A stretch of 64,000 nucleotides of DNA from an uncultured Chloroflexia bacterium (GTDB lineage Bacteria; Chloroflexota; Limnocylindria; QHBO01), in NCBI GenBank assembly GCA_963806695.1, contig CAWDYT010000001.1:12026-76025 (forward strand), written 5' to 3'. Position 1 is the first letter of the stretch; each line of letters begins with the position of its first letter. The position numbers and the translations under genes were made by a program. This document shows positions 40,973 through 51,312 of this stretch, piece after piece. The notes below the pieces were generated by a model. That model ran no database searches. It saw only the letters and a program-made list of their open reading frames with translations, and was not told the origin of the DNA.

Positions 40973-41980
40973 ATGAAGGCGGCCTATCGGGATCGGTACG
41001 GTCCCCCCGAGATCGTGGAGATTCGGGAGGTCGATCGACCCGTCCCGGCGGACGGCGAGGTGCTGGTTCGCGTGAAGGCCGCATCGGTCAACCGTGCCGA
41101 TCTCGACGGGCTCAAGCCGAAGCCCAGCTTCGTCCGCCTCTTCATGGGCTTCCGCGCGCCGAAGAGCCACGAGGTGGGCATCGACGTGGCCGGCGTCGTG
41201 GAGGCGGTCGGGGTCGGCGTGACGCGCTTCAAGCCGGGCGATCAGGTCATGACCGACATGTTCGCGGCCGGGAAGTTCGGCGCCTTCGCCGAGTACGTCT
41301 GCGCCCGAGAGAAGGCCTTCGAGCCGATCCCGTCGGGCATGTCGTTCGAGGAGGCTGCCACGTTGCCGCACTCGGCGGTCCTCGCGCTGCAGGGGCTTCG
41401 CCTGCGCCGTGGCCGGACGATCAAGCCCGGGGACCGGGTGCTGGTCGACGGCGCATCGGGCAACGTCGGTCCGTTCGTCGTGCAGATCGCGAAGGCGATG
41501 GGGGCCGAGGTGACCGGGGTGGCCCGCACCGACAAGCTCGACTTCGTGCGATCGCTCGGCGCCGACCACGCCATCGACTACACGAAGGTCGACTACACGA
41601 AGGCGGGGGAGCGCTACGACTGGATCGTCGCGGTCGACTCGCACTACTCGATCCTCCGCGTCCGGCGAGCCCTGAAGCCGAACGGCGTGTACGCCACGAT
41701 GGGCGGCGAGACCGGCAGCATCCTGGCGTCGCTGATGGGCAGCCTGCTGCTCTCGCGGTTCGGCGACAAATGGACCGGCCTGGTGCTGTGGTGGAAGCCG
41801 ATGCATCGGCCCGACGTCGAGACGCTGAAGGAGCTGATCGCGGCCGGCAAGCTCAAGCCGGCCATCGATCGCCGCATGCCCCTTTCCGAGGTCGCGCAGG
41901 CGCTTCGCTACGTCGAGGACGGCCGCGCCAGCGGCAAGGTGGTCCTCATCGTGGACGAGTCCCGGCCTCCGTCCGACTGA
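40973..41980 (+). CDS. NAD(P)H-dependent quinone oxidoreductase / zinc-type alcohol dehydrogenase (MDR) family
   Basis: Start at MKAAYRDRYG. Intact. Confidence 0.8.
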   Translation: MKAAYRDRYGPPEIVEIREVDRPVPADGEVLVRVKAASVNRADLDGLKPKPSFVRLFMGFRAPKSHEVGIDVAGVVEAVGVGVTRFKPGDQVMTDMFAAGKFGAFAEYVCAREKAFEPIPSGMSFEEAATLPHSAVLALQGLRLRRGRTIKPGDRVLVDGASGNVGPFVVQIAKAMGAEVTGVARTDKLDFVRSLGADHAIDYTKVDYTKAGERYDWIVAVDSHYSILRVRRALKPNGVYATMGGETGSILASLMGSLLLSRFGDKWTGLVLWWKPMHRPDVETLKELIAAGKLKPAIDRRMPLSEVAQALRYVEDGRASGKVVLIVDESRPPSD

Positions 41981-42380
41981 GCCGCAGGAAGCTCCCGACG
42001 CCGCCGACCCGCAGGATCATGCGCTGAACGGGATGGAAGGCGGGAATGGCCTCCTCGGCTCCGATCATGCGCGGCGCGGTCGCGGTGTGGTCGATGCCGC
42101 GCCATCGGATGGTGCACCCGCCGGCCGCCTGCACGTTGCGAAGCCACTGCGTCTCCGTGCCCCAGGGCAGCGGGATCGTGAAGGCGTCGTCCGAGGCGCG
42201 GATGGCGATGGGAATGGCATACGCGCGCCCCGACCGACGACCGCGATGGTGGACGACCGCCCAGAGCGGCAGCAGGCGCCGCCCGGCAATCGGTCGGGCC
42301 AGGGGACCCGTGGCCCGGGCTGTCGCGCGCGTGACCCGCGCCAGGACCGATGGCCCCGGGGACTGGCTGTTGGCGGACAT
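41946..42380 (-). CDS. nitroreductase-family deazaflavin-dependent oxidoreductase (DDN/DUF385)
   Basis: ...LLPLWAVVHHRGRRSGRAYAIPIAI... The convergent 35-bp overlap with the MDR gene was read directly. Confidence 0.7.
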   Translation of the reverse strand: MSANSQSPGPSVLARVTRATARATGPLARPIAGRRLLPLWAVVHHRGRRSGRAYAIPIAIRASDDAFTIPLPWGTETQWLRNVQAAGGCTIRWRGIDHTATAPRMIGAEEAIPAFHPVQRMILRVGGVGSFLRLSRTEAGTRPR

Positions 42381-42452
42381 CGGTGGCGCCTCTCTGAGAT
42401 CGTCGAGTTCACACGGAACACGGCGCGGGCCTCACCGATGTGACCGGAGCGG

Positions 42453-43244
42453 TCAGGGTATCGGGTCGCGGTTGTAGAGCCGCATCGCCCAGAAGTAGCC
42501 GCCGATCGCGATTGCGACGCACCAACCGATCGCCAGCACGCCATTCGACCCGATCGGCGTGCCGACCAGCAGGCCGCGCACGGTCTCGATCATCGGCGTG
42601 AACGGCTGGTACTCGGCGAACCAGCTGATCGGCCAGGGCATGGACTCGGGCGGGACGAAGCCGCTGCCGAAGAACGGGAGGAGCAACAGGGGGAGGGGGA
42701 GGTTGCTGGCGGTCTCGACGCTGTTGGACACGAGCCCGAGCGGAACCGCCAGCCAGGTGAACGCGAAGCTGGCCAGTGCCAGCATCCCGATCGCGCCGGC
42801 GATCTCGAGCGGGCTCGTCGTCGTCCGAAAGCCGGTGAGCAGCGCGACGGCAACGATGAGCAGGATGCTGAACATCGTCTGCAACAGGCCGTTCACGACG
42901 TGGCCGGCCAGGACGGCGGCGCGGGGGATCGACATGGTGCGGAAGCGCAGCACGATGCCCTCGTGCTTGTCCATGGCGATGACGATCGCCGTGGACGACA
43001 CGCCGCTGGCAACCGTCACGATCAGGATCCCCGGCGTGAGGTACGCGATATACGCGTCGCGCCCGCCGATCGCGCCCGGCAGCCCGTCACCGAGCGTGGA
43101 TCCGAAGACGAACACGAAGATCAGGTAGAAGATCACCGGCATCGCGGCGACCAGGAGGGTGAGCGAGGGATATCGGCGCGCGTGCAGCAGGTTCCGGCGC
43201 AGCATCGTCGCCGTGTCCTGGAGCACGAATGAGGCTCCGGTCAT
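42453..43244 (-). CDS. ABC-2 type transporter permease
   Basis: Intact 263-aa ORF with 6 TM segments. Confidence 0.8.
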   Translation of the reverse strand: MTGASFVLQDTATMLRRNLLHARRYPSLTLLVAAMPVIFYLIFVFVFGSTLGDGLPGAIGGRDAYIAYLTPGILIVTVASGVSSTAIVIAMDKHEGIVLRFRTMSIPRAAVLAGHVVNGLLQTMFSILLIVAVALLTGFRTTTSPLEIAGAIGMLALASFAFTWLAVPLGLVSNSVETASNLPLPLLLLPFFGSGFVPPESMPWPISWFAEYQPFTPMIETVRGLLVGTPIGSNGVLAIGWCVAIAIGGYFWAMRLYNRDPIP

Positions 43245-44188
43245 TGGGTGGCCACCTTTCGCGGGGAGTCGTTGCCGGTGAGGGACAGGAAGACATCGTC
43301 GAGGTCGGGCGAGTGGAGTGAGAGCCCGTCGATTTCGATGGACGTCGCGGATAGCCGATCCAGCACCGCCCGCAGCGACGCGACCTCGCCATCGGTCGGG
43401 ACATCGAGCGCGAGGGCGTCCGGGTCGCGCCGCGCACTCGCCAGCCGTTCTGCCGCGCGCTCCAGCTGCACGGGGTCGCCGAACTCGAGCCGGATGTGGC
43501 CGCCTGGGACGAGCCGCTTCAGCTCTGCCGGCGTCCCCTGGGCAACGATGCGCCCACCGTCGAGCAGCGCGATTCGCCCGGCGAGCTCATCGGCTTCCTC
43601 GAGATATTGCGTCGTCAGGAAGATGGTGATGCCGTCGCGGACGAGGTCGCGAACGATGTCCCACATCGTTCGGCGGCCGCGCGGGTCCAGGCCCGTCGTC
43701 GGCTCGTCGAGGAACACGATCCTCGGATCGCCGACGAGCGTCATCGCCAGGTCGAGACGGCGCTTCATGCCGCCGGAGTAGGTTGCGACCATCCGTCCGG
43801 CCGCCTCCGCGAGGTCGAATCGGTCCAGGAGGTCGGCGATCCGGCGCCGGCCTTCATCCCGGGGCAGGTGGTTGAGATCCGCCATGAGCTGGAGGTTCTC
43901 CTGGCCGGTCAGCAGGTTGTCGACGGCGGAGAACTGGCCGGTCACACCGATCACGGCGCGGACGCCTTCCGGATCGGTCCGCACGTCGTGTCCGCCGACC
44001 TCGACCTCACCGGCATCAGGGGTGAGCATCGTGGTGAGCATGTGGACCGTCGTCGTCTTGCCGGCACCGTTGGGACCCAGCAGCGCGAACACCGAACCCT
44101 CAGCGACCTCGAGATCGATCCCGTCCAGCACGAGGGTGTCGCCGTACGACTTTCGGAGGCTGGTGGCCTTGATCGCGGTGGCGGTCAT
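43241..44188 (-). CDS. ABC transporter ATP-binding protein (DrrA-like)
   Basis: Walker A GPNGAGKTT and the LSGGMKRRL signature. Start at MTATAIK. Confidence 0.85.
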   Translation of the reverse strand: MTATAIKATSLRKSYGDTLVLDGIDLEVAEGSVFALLGPNGAGKTTTVHMLTTMLTPDAGEVEVGGHDVRTDPEGVRAVIGVTGQFSAVDNLLTGQENLQLMADLNHLPRDEGRRRIADLLDRFDLAEAAGRMVATYSGGMKRRLDLAMTLVGDPRIVFLDEPTTGLDPRGRRTMWDIVRDLVRDGITIFLTTQYLEEADELAGRIALLDGGRIVAQGTPAELKRLVPGGHIRLEFGDPVQLERAAERLASARRDPDALALDVPTDGEVASLRAVLDRLSATSIEIDGLSLHSPDLDDVFLSLTGNDSPRKVATQ

Positions 44189-44221
44189 GACCGCGGATCC
44201 CACTCGCCGACCGGGCGAGCC

Positions 44222-44740
44222 TCAGATGTCGAGCTCCTGAACGCCGGGCTGCCGAACCGATGCGGAAATCGTGTCGAAGAGCTCAGCAGGAACGCGATCC
44301 CGGAGCTCGTCGAGCGTGTCGAACAGGTCGAGGGTCGCCTCCGCGGGCTTCCCGCCGCCGGATGCCATGCCGATCCCGGTCCAGGCTCGCCAGCCGGTGA
44401 GCGGGTTGCCCTGGGCGTCGCGCATCTCGAAGTACTCGGTGTGCTCGATGTGAAGGGCGAACTTCTTCGGTCCGCGGTAGACGCGGTAGTGCACGAACTT
44501 CTCGCCCTCGGAGCTGAACCACTCGCCGAGGAGGACGGCGTGGAAGCGCACCTTGCGGCCCGCGCCGAAGCCGATCTTGAGGATGACCTCGTCGTAGCCG
44601 GCCTTTCGGGCGTCCTCGACTTCGACGTAGCGCTTGAGCGCATTGCTGATGGCGGCGGACAGATTGTCGCCAGCAAGCTCCTGGGCTCGTTTGAAGACGG
44701 GCTCGTCCTCGTTCGAGACGTAGATCGTTCGGTTCGGCAC
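44222..44740 (-). CDS. EXLDI family protein
   Basis: MPNRTIYVSNEDEPVFKRAQELAGDNLS... C-terminal ...VQELDI. GTG start. Confidence 0.8.
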   Translation of the reverse strand: MPNRTIYVSNEDEPVFKRAQELAGDNLSAAISNALKRYVEVEDARKAGYDEVILKIGFGAGRKVRFHAVLLGEWFSSEGEKFVHYRVYRGPKKFALHIEHTEYFEMRDAQGNPLTGWRAWTGIGMASGGGKPAEATLDLFDTLDELRDRVPAELFDTISASVRQPGVQELDI

Positions 44741-44780
44741 GTGTGCATCGTATCTCCCAACTGGACAGCGGTTTGCCCGT

Positions 44781-44813
44781 GATACGTAGCACTATACGTA
44801 TATGGATACGTAG
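44781..44813. promoter_or_regulatory. AT-rich repeat element upstream of the EXLDI operon: three TACGTA palindromic cores at an exact 12-bp spacing (GATACGTAG-cact-ATACGTATAT-g-GATACGTAG)
   Basis: Read directly from the sequence. It is the only AT-rich patch in the region. Confidence 0.45.
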
Positions 44814-44877
44814 TGTCAAGCAGCGATGCTCGAGAATGCCCCGGTGACTGGTGCTGGATCAGCGCCCGGCGGCCTTC

Positions 44878-45270
44878 TCAGCCGGGAATCGCGGCGATCG
44901 CCTCGATCTCGACGAGGGCACCGGGCACGGCGAGCCCCCGGACGAACACCGCGCTGACCGCCGATGGGTGATCACCCCAGACCTTCTGAGACGCGGCGAA
45001 CCCCTCGTTCAGATCGACCCCCTCCACGAGGTAGATCGTCAGCTTCGCGACATCCGCCTGCTTCGCGCCAGCCTCGTCCAGGACGGCGATCAGGTTGCGC
45101 ATCGCCTGCTCCGTCTGCGGGCCGATGGAGTCACTCACGACCTGGCCATCGGCTCCGACGCCGTTCTGCCCGCCGACGATCACGATGGATGAGCCTGCCG
45201 GGATGACCATGCCCTGGGAGAAGGCCGGGTTGCGATGAAGGGCGGCTGGGTTGAGCTGCTGGATGGCCAC
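44878..45270 (-). CDS. RidA family protein (YjgF / L-PSP)
   Basis: GTG 45270 with a GAGG SD. The upstream part of ORF 44878..45900 is non-coding. Confidence 0.75.
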   Translation of the reverse strand: MAIQQLNPAALHRNPAFSQGMVIPAGSSIVIVGGQNGVGADGQVVSDSIGPQTEQAMRNLIAVLDEAGAKQADVAKLTIYLVEGVDLNEGFAASQKVWGDHPSAVSAVFVRGLAVPGALVEIEAIAAIPG

Positions 45271-45355
45271 GAAAACCTCTGTTGCACGAGAGCTTGGCCG
45301 CACCGAACCGCTGGTGCGACGCCTGGGATTCAGGCCAGCAAGTACGCTGCCGAGG

Positions 45356-46372
45356 TGAGTTCCGCCCTCGATGTCACTCGTGAACAGGTCCTTGCCTATC
45401 GGCGGCGCGCCGGCGGCCTCGAGGAGCGGCGGCCACGCGACGAGCGGTCGCTCCGGACGGCCGCCTGGGCGGGCCTGCAGGACAGCATGCCGCGCGCCGC
45501 GCTGCTGTCGCTCCACGCGCGCGTCGGAGGTACCGACGCATCGGCGTGGGAGGATCCGGCGCTCGTCCAGCTGTGGGGACCGCGCTATAGCGCGTACGTC
45601 GTCCCCCGGCAGGACGTCGGCATCTTCTCGCTCGGCAGATTCCCGGAAAGCGAGTCCGGCCGGCGAGGAGCCTTGGACATCGCCGACCGGCTCGACGCAT
45701 TCCTGAACGGCAGAGCGATGTCCGCCACGGAGATCGGCACGGCGCTGGGTTTCCATCCGAACGCACTGCGCTACGCGGCTCCGACCGGGCGAGTGTTGAT
45801 CCGATGGGACGGTGCGCGACAGCCGACGGTCTGGACCATCCCGGCCCCGGCCATGGAGCCGATGGACGCGCGGCTCGAGCTCGCCCGTCGCTATCTGCAC
45901 GTCTTCGGTCCGGCCACACGCCGGCGCGTTCGCTCAGTGGGCCGGCATCAAGCCGCCGGTCGGTCAGGCCGCCTTCGACGCCCTGGGCGGGGCGGTGGTC
46001 GGTGCCCGGACCCCAATCGGCGAGGGATGGATCCTGGAGGAGGACGAGTCGGCGGTCCGCATGCCGGCCGATGGTGAGGACGTTGTCCGCCTGCTTCCGA
46101 GCGGCGACACGTACTTCCTCCTCCGTGGCGCCGACCGTGAGCTCCTTGTCCCCGATCCGGCTCGCCGTCCCGAACTATGGCCATCGCGCGTCTGGCCGGG
46201 CGCGCTGCTCGTGGGAAGCGAGGTGGTCGGCGTATGGCGGCGCGCCGGCCGCGTCATGACGGTCAATACCTGGCGTCGCCTGTCGCCGGTGGAGCGCACC
46301 GCCATCGAGGCGGAGGCCGCCACGATGCCGCTCCCCGACGTCGGAGCGATGGTCGTTCGCTGGGAATCCTGA
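45356..46372 (+). CDS. winged-helix DNA glycosylase (AlkZ/YcaQ-like) family protein; one frameshift near 45900
   Basis: ORF 45235 (...LAYRRRAGGLEERRP...LWGPRYSAYVV...) continues in ORF 45812 (...FAQWAGIKPPVGQAAFDALGG...). The start is uncertain. Confidence 0.6.
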
Positions 46373-46413
46373 GCTCGTCATGGGACTTGACACGCATGTC
46401 GTAGGCTCGATGG

Positions 46414-46855
46414 ATGACTGCCGAGACACTTCCCGAGGGCCCCGATCTCGAGACGATTCTCCAGCTGCTGCGCGACGAATTTCCCGATGCGGTGATCGCG
46501 ACCATCGACAGCGCGGCCTTCTTCAGCCTCGACGAGACGCACTGGCCAGAACTTCGCGACCGTCGTCTGGACCGATGAGCACGACGAGGGCGCGCCCTCG
46601 AACCTCGCCCGTGACGGCGTGTACCGCGTGAACGTCGGCGTCGACCGCGACACATTTCGGCGACTGGTCGGCTCCGCCGGCGACCCCGACTACGCCGCCT
46701 TCGACCGATTCGTGCCGCACCCGGTCTACGCCAGGCAGCGCTGGATCTCGATCCTCAACCCGTCACATGCGACAGTGCGTGATCGGCTCATGCCGCTGAT
46801 CGAGGCTGGCCACGATCGACTCGCGACCCAGCGCGCCCGCACTGCCGACGGGTGA
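46414..46855 (+). CDS. hypothetical protein (DUF6194-like); one frameshift near 46545
   Basis: MTAETLPEGPDLETILQLLRDEFPDAVIATIDSAAFFSLDETHWP, then in another frame ...TVVWTDEHDEGAPSNLARDGVYRVNVGVDRDTF... Confidence 0.5.
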
Positions 46856-46895
46856 AGACCGATGAGACCGGCGGGCAACCGCCGTCTGAGAGAGC

Positions 46896-48490
46896 ATGAA
46901 CCAGGTGACGGGCGAGAACGCTGTGCCGGCGCGGGCGACCAGGCGTGAGTGGATCGGCCTCGCGGTCCTGACGCTCGCGGCACTCGTCTACGCGATGGAC
47001 CTGACGGTCCTCAACCTCGCGATCCCGACATCAGCGCCGAGCTGCAGCCGTCGAGCGCCCAGCTGCTGTGGATGATCGACATCTACGGCTTCCTCGTCGC
47101 CGGCCTGCTCATCACGATGGGCACGCTCGGCGACCGCATCGGCCGGCGCAGGCTCCTGCTCGGCGGCGCCGCGGGCTTCGCGGTGGCGTCGCTGCTCGCG
47201 GCGTTCTCGACGAGCTCGGAGATGCTGATCGCCAGCCGAGCCGTGATGGGCATCGCCGGCGCGACGATCGCGCCGTCGACCCTGTCGCTCGATCTTCACG
47301 ATGTTCCTCGACCCGAAGCAGCGCTCGACCGCGATCGGCGTCTGGATCGCCGCCTACTCCGCCGGCGGCGCCATCGGGCCGGTCCTCGGCGGCGTGCTGC
47401 TCGAGTTCTTCTGGTGGGGCTCGGTGTTCCTGATCGGCGTGCCGGTCATGGGGCTGCTGCTGGTCCTCGGGTCCGCGCACCCTGCCGGAGTACCGCGACC
47501 CGAACGCGCGCCCGCTCGACCTGCTCAGCGCGGCGATGTCGCTGTTCGCCATCCTCGGCGTCGTCTACGGTCTGAAGGAGCTGGCGCAGGATGGGATCGC
47601 GCCGCTGCCGGTGCTCGTCGATCGTGGCCGGCGTGCTGGTCGGGGACGCTGTTCGTGCGCCGCCAGCTGCGCCTCGAGTCGCCGATGATCGACGTGCGCC
47701 TGTTCCGCATCCGCGCCTTCAGCGCGTCGCTCGGCACCTACTTCTTCGGCATCTTCGTCGTCGTCGGCTACTTCCTGTTCATCTCGCAGTACCTGCAGCT
47801 CGTCCTGGGGCTGTCGCCGCTGGAGGCCGCGCTGTGGTCCCTGCCCTCCGCGGTCGGGCTTCATCGTCGGCTCGACCATCGCGCCGAGGATCATCCATCG
47901 CTTCCGCCCGTCCGTGGTCATGGGCGTGGGCATGGCCATCGCGGCGGTCGGGCACGGCGATGCTCATCGGTCTGTCCGTCGACGGCGAGGGCAGCCTGCT
48001 GCTCATCGCGGTTGCCTCGGTGGTCATCTCGCTCGGGCTCGGCCCCGTCATCACGCTCGCCACGGAGCTGATCGTGGGAAGCGCTCCGCCCGAGCAGGCC
48101 GGCGCAGCCACCGGGATCTCGGAGACGAGCGGCGAGCTCGGCGGCGCGCTGGGGATCGCGATCCTCGGCAGCCTGGGCACGGCGGTGTACCGCGCGGAGC
48201 TCGCCGACACGCTCCCATCGGATCTGCCGGCGGAAGTCGCCGATGCGGCGCTCGACACCCTCGGCGGCGCGATGGCGATCGCGGAGTCGCTCCCGGGCGC
48301 GATCGCCGACGCGGTCGTCGCCGCGGCCCAGGTCGCCTTCGTCGACGCGCTCCACCTCGTCGCCGCGGTGGCCGCGATCGGCGCGGCGGCGACGGCGATC
48401 GTCGCGGCGGCTGCCCTCTGGAATGTGCCCGCTCGGTCGGACGAGCCGAATCCCGAGGGGGCACCCGAGGCGGTCGGCGCCGCGGACTGA
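46896..48490 (+). pseudogene. MFS transporter (DHA2/EmrB-like); at least 5 frameshifts
   Basis: ATG 46896 with a GAGAGAG SD. The pieces are MNQVTGENAVPARATRREWIGLAVLTL..., ...LLWMIDIYGFLVAGLLITMGTLGDRIGRRR..., ...MFLDPKQRSTAIGVWIA... and ...VISLGLGPVITLATELIVGSAPPEQAGAATG... Confidence 0.65.
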
Positions 48491-48503
48491 GGCCCAGCTG
48501 AAC

Positions 48504-48908
48504 ATGGTCCCGCCGGAACAGATCCCGCCAGACCTGTTCCTGTCCGGGTACCCCGACGAGATTCGGGATCTCGCGGAGCGGCTGCGGACCGTGGTCCGCC
48601 AGGCCGTCCCCGATGCGGTCGAGCGCGTTCGGACCGGATGGCGGCTGATCGGATACGACGTCCCAGTCACCGCTCGCCGCACGCGCTATTTCGCGTTCGT
48701 CGCCCCCGAGCCGATCCATGTGCACCTCGGCTTCGAGTACGGCGCCTGGATGGCCGATCCCGACGACCTGCTGCAGGGCGCCCATCTCGGGCTGAAGAAG
48801 GTCCGGTTCGTCACGTACCTGCCCGGTGACACGGTCCCGACCGAGGCGCTTTCCGACCTGACACGCGAGGCAGCCGCCCTGGCGGCGCTGCGGAGTACCG
48901 GATCGTGA
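48504..48908 (+). CDS. DUF1801 domain-containing protein
   Basis: Intact. MVPPEQIPPDLFLSGYPDEIRDLAERL... Confidence 0.7.
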   Translation: MVPPEQIPPDLFLSGYPDEIRDLAERLRTVVRQAVPDAVERVRTGWRLIGYDVPVTARRTRYFAFVAPEPIHVHLGFEYGAWMADPDDLLQGAHLGLKKVRFVTYLPGDTVPTEALSDLTREAAALAALRSTGS

Positions 48909-49038
48909 GCGCCGCGCCAGCCGGCCCGAGTGTGACATCGGCCCGCTGGCATCGGACAATCCGGACAGACCGTGTCAGGTACCGACAACTACGCTCGACG
49001 CCAGCTAGGCAAGGGTCAAGCACGAGGACGGAGTACTG

Positions 49039-49533
49039 ATGCAGGCCGACGACATCCGCTGGCTGTTCGCCTACGACCGATGGGCGACCCGCCGCGTGCT
49101 GGAGGCGCTCGACGGCGTCCAGGAGGAAACGTGGTCGCGCGGCGATGCGGTCGGCGAACGCGGTCTCGGAAGCATCCTGGTTCACCACCTCGGCGCATCG
49201 CAGCGATGGCGTATCGGGCTCGCCAGTCGGGGCCAGGAAGAAGGCCCCTCGCCAGAGCACGAGCCGCTTCCGGAGGTCGGCGACCTCCGAGATCGATGGG
49301 AAGCGGAGTGGCTCGAGGTCGATGCGTGGCTGCCCACGCTCACCGACGACTTCGTCGCGTACGTGTTCGACGACGTTCCGGTCTGGCAGATGCTGGCCCA
49401 CGTCGTGAACCACGGCACGCAGCATCGCGCCGAGGCAGCCGCGCTCCTCACCGCCGAGGGTCGCTCGCCCGGCGAGCTCGACATGATCAACTACTCGGAG
49501 GAGCTGGCCGGCCGGGGAGAAACCGAGGGCTGA
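49039..49533 (+). CDS. DinB family protein
   Basis: Intact 164-aa ORF with a GAGGACGGAG SD. Confidence 0.75.
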   Translation: MQADDIRWLFAYDRWATRRVLEALDGVQEETWSRGDAVGERGLGSILVHHLGASQRWRIGLASRGQEEGPSPEHEPLPEVGDLRDRWEAEWLEVDAWLPTLTDDFVAYVFDDVPVWQMLAHVVNHGTQHRAEAAALLTAEGRSPGELDMINYSEELAGRGETEG

Positions 49534-49591
49534 CACCGGCGGCGTTCCGGGATCTATCGCGCCGCTAGTCGCGGCGGTCTAGGCTCCCTGC

Positions 49592-50825
49592 ATGCGGGAA
49601 CGTGAGATCGGGTCGGAGCAGCGGGTCACGAACCTCGAGCTGTTCTTCGACCTCGTCTTCGTGTTTGCCATCACCCAGGTCACCGGGTTCATCGCCCACG
49701 ACCTGACCTGGGGCGGTCTGCTCCGAGGGCTGTTCCTGCTCGGCGCGCTGTGGTGGGCCTGGGCCGCGTACGCGTGGCTCACGAACACGCTCGACCCGGA
49801 AGAGGGCGCCGTGCGGATCGCCGTCTTCGCCTCGATGGCCGCGATGCTCGTCGTGGCGCTCGCGACGCCGCATGCCTTCGACGTCGATGGCGTCGTCTTC
49901 GGGGTCGCCTACTTCATCGTCCGCGCTCTCCATCTCGTCCTCTACGCGCTGGCCGGCCGCAACGATCCGGACCTCGAGCGGGCGGTCCTCAGGATCCTGC
50001 CCGAGCGCCCTGCTGGGCGCGACGTTGCTGGTGGTCGCCGGGTTCTTCGATGGCGCCATGGAGCTCGCGATCTGGGCCGTCGCCCTGGCGATCGACTACC
50101 TGTGGCTGCTCGTCAGCGGGATGCGCGGCTGGCGCGTGTCACCGCATCACTTCGTCGAGCGCCATGGCCTGATCATCATCGTGGCGCTGGGGGAGTCGGT
50201 CATCGCCATCGGCATCGGGGCGGGGGAGCTGCCCCTCGACGCCGGGACGATCGCCGCAGCGGCGATGGGCATCGCCGTGGTCTGCACGCTGTGGTGGTCG
50301 TACTTCGACTGGGTCATCTACGTCTCGCAGGCCAAGCTCGCCGAGGCCACGGGCCTCGAACGAGCCGTGCTCGCGCGCGATCTCTACTCGTACCTCCACC
50401 TGCCGATGGTGGCGGGCATCGTCCTGTTCGCGCTCGGGCTCGAGATGACGCTCGCCCACGGTGCCGTCCCCCTCGAGATCATCCCGGCCATCGGCCTGTG
50501 CGGGGGCCTGGCCCTGTACCTGGCCGCCCATGTGGCAGTTCGCCTTCGCACCGGCGGCGGTTGGGGGCACGGTCGGCCGGTCGCCACGGTCATCCTGCTC
50601 GCGCTCATTCCGGTCGCGACCCAGGTGCCGGCCCTGGTCGCGCTCGCTCTCGCTGCGACCGTATGCGTGGGCCTCATTGCGTACGAGGCGTTGCGCTACC
50701 CCTACGCGCGTGCGTGGATCCGGAGCCACCGCGGGGAGTTCACGATGGAAGAAGCTCGTCAGATCGGGCCGATCCGAGGGAGCCATCCCGAAGGCCGGCC
50801 GACGTCACCCGACGCGGACTCCTGA
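49592..50825 (+). CDS. low temperature requirement protein A (LtrA) family membrane protein; one frameshift near 50000 (CCC run)
   Basis: ...VTNLELFFDLVFVFAITQV... ORF 49592 continues in ORF 49872 (...FVERHGLIIIVALGESVIAIG...). Confidence 0.7.
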
Positions 50826-50867
50826 CTCGAAGCGTCTTCCGGCCTGTAGGCAGTCCACCGCCCGCGT

Positions 50868-51311
50868 TCAGGGGCTGACGCTTCCGAGCCAGCTCCCGAT
50901 GAAGTAGAGGAGCCCGAGCAGCATCGACACGGCGACGACCACGACCGGCCGATCGCCGAACGACGGCTCGATCGGAGCGGCACGTGCCGGGCGCCGGGTG
51001 CGCGGTGCCGACGGACGGGCCTCGGGCCAGGTCGTCCACGTCGCCTGGCGCGCCCGTGGGCCGTACGCATAGCCAGGCCCGGGGCCAGCCCATGGCGTGG
51101 TCATCGAGTCGTACCGCGCGCGGCGGGCCGGATCCGACAGGATCCACCACGCCTCGTTGACGCGCCACATCCGCTCCGCGGACTGCTGTCCCGGATTCAC
51201 GTCGGGGTGGAACCGCTTCGCCAGGCGCCGGTGCGCACGAGCCGCCTCTTCGCGGCTCGCGCCGCGCGGGATGCCGAGCGCGGCGTATGGATCGAGTGCG
51301 GTGGTGGCCAT
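50868..51311 (-). CDS. J-domain (DnaJ-like) protein with C-terminal TM anchor
   Basis: ...DPYAALGIPRGASREEAARAHRRLAKRFHPDVNP... Confidence 0.75.
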   Translation of the reverse strand: MATTALDPYAALGIPRGASREEAARAHRRLAKRFHPDVNPGQQSAERMWRVNEAWWILSDPARRARYDSMTTPWAGPGPGYAYGPRARQATWTTWPEARPSAPRTRRPARAAPIEPSFGDRPVVVVAVSMLLGLLYFIGSWLGSVSP

Positions 51312-51312
51312 G

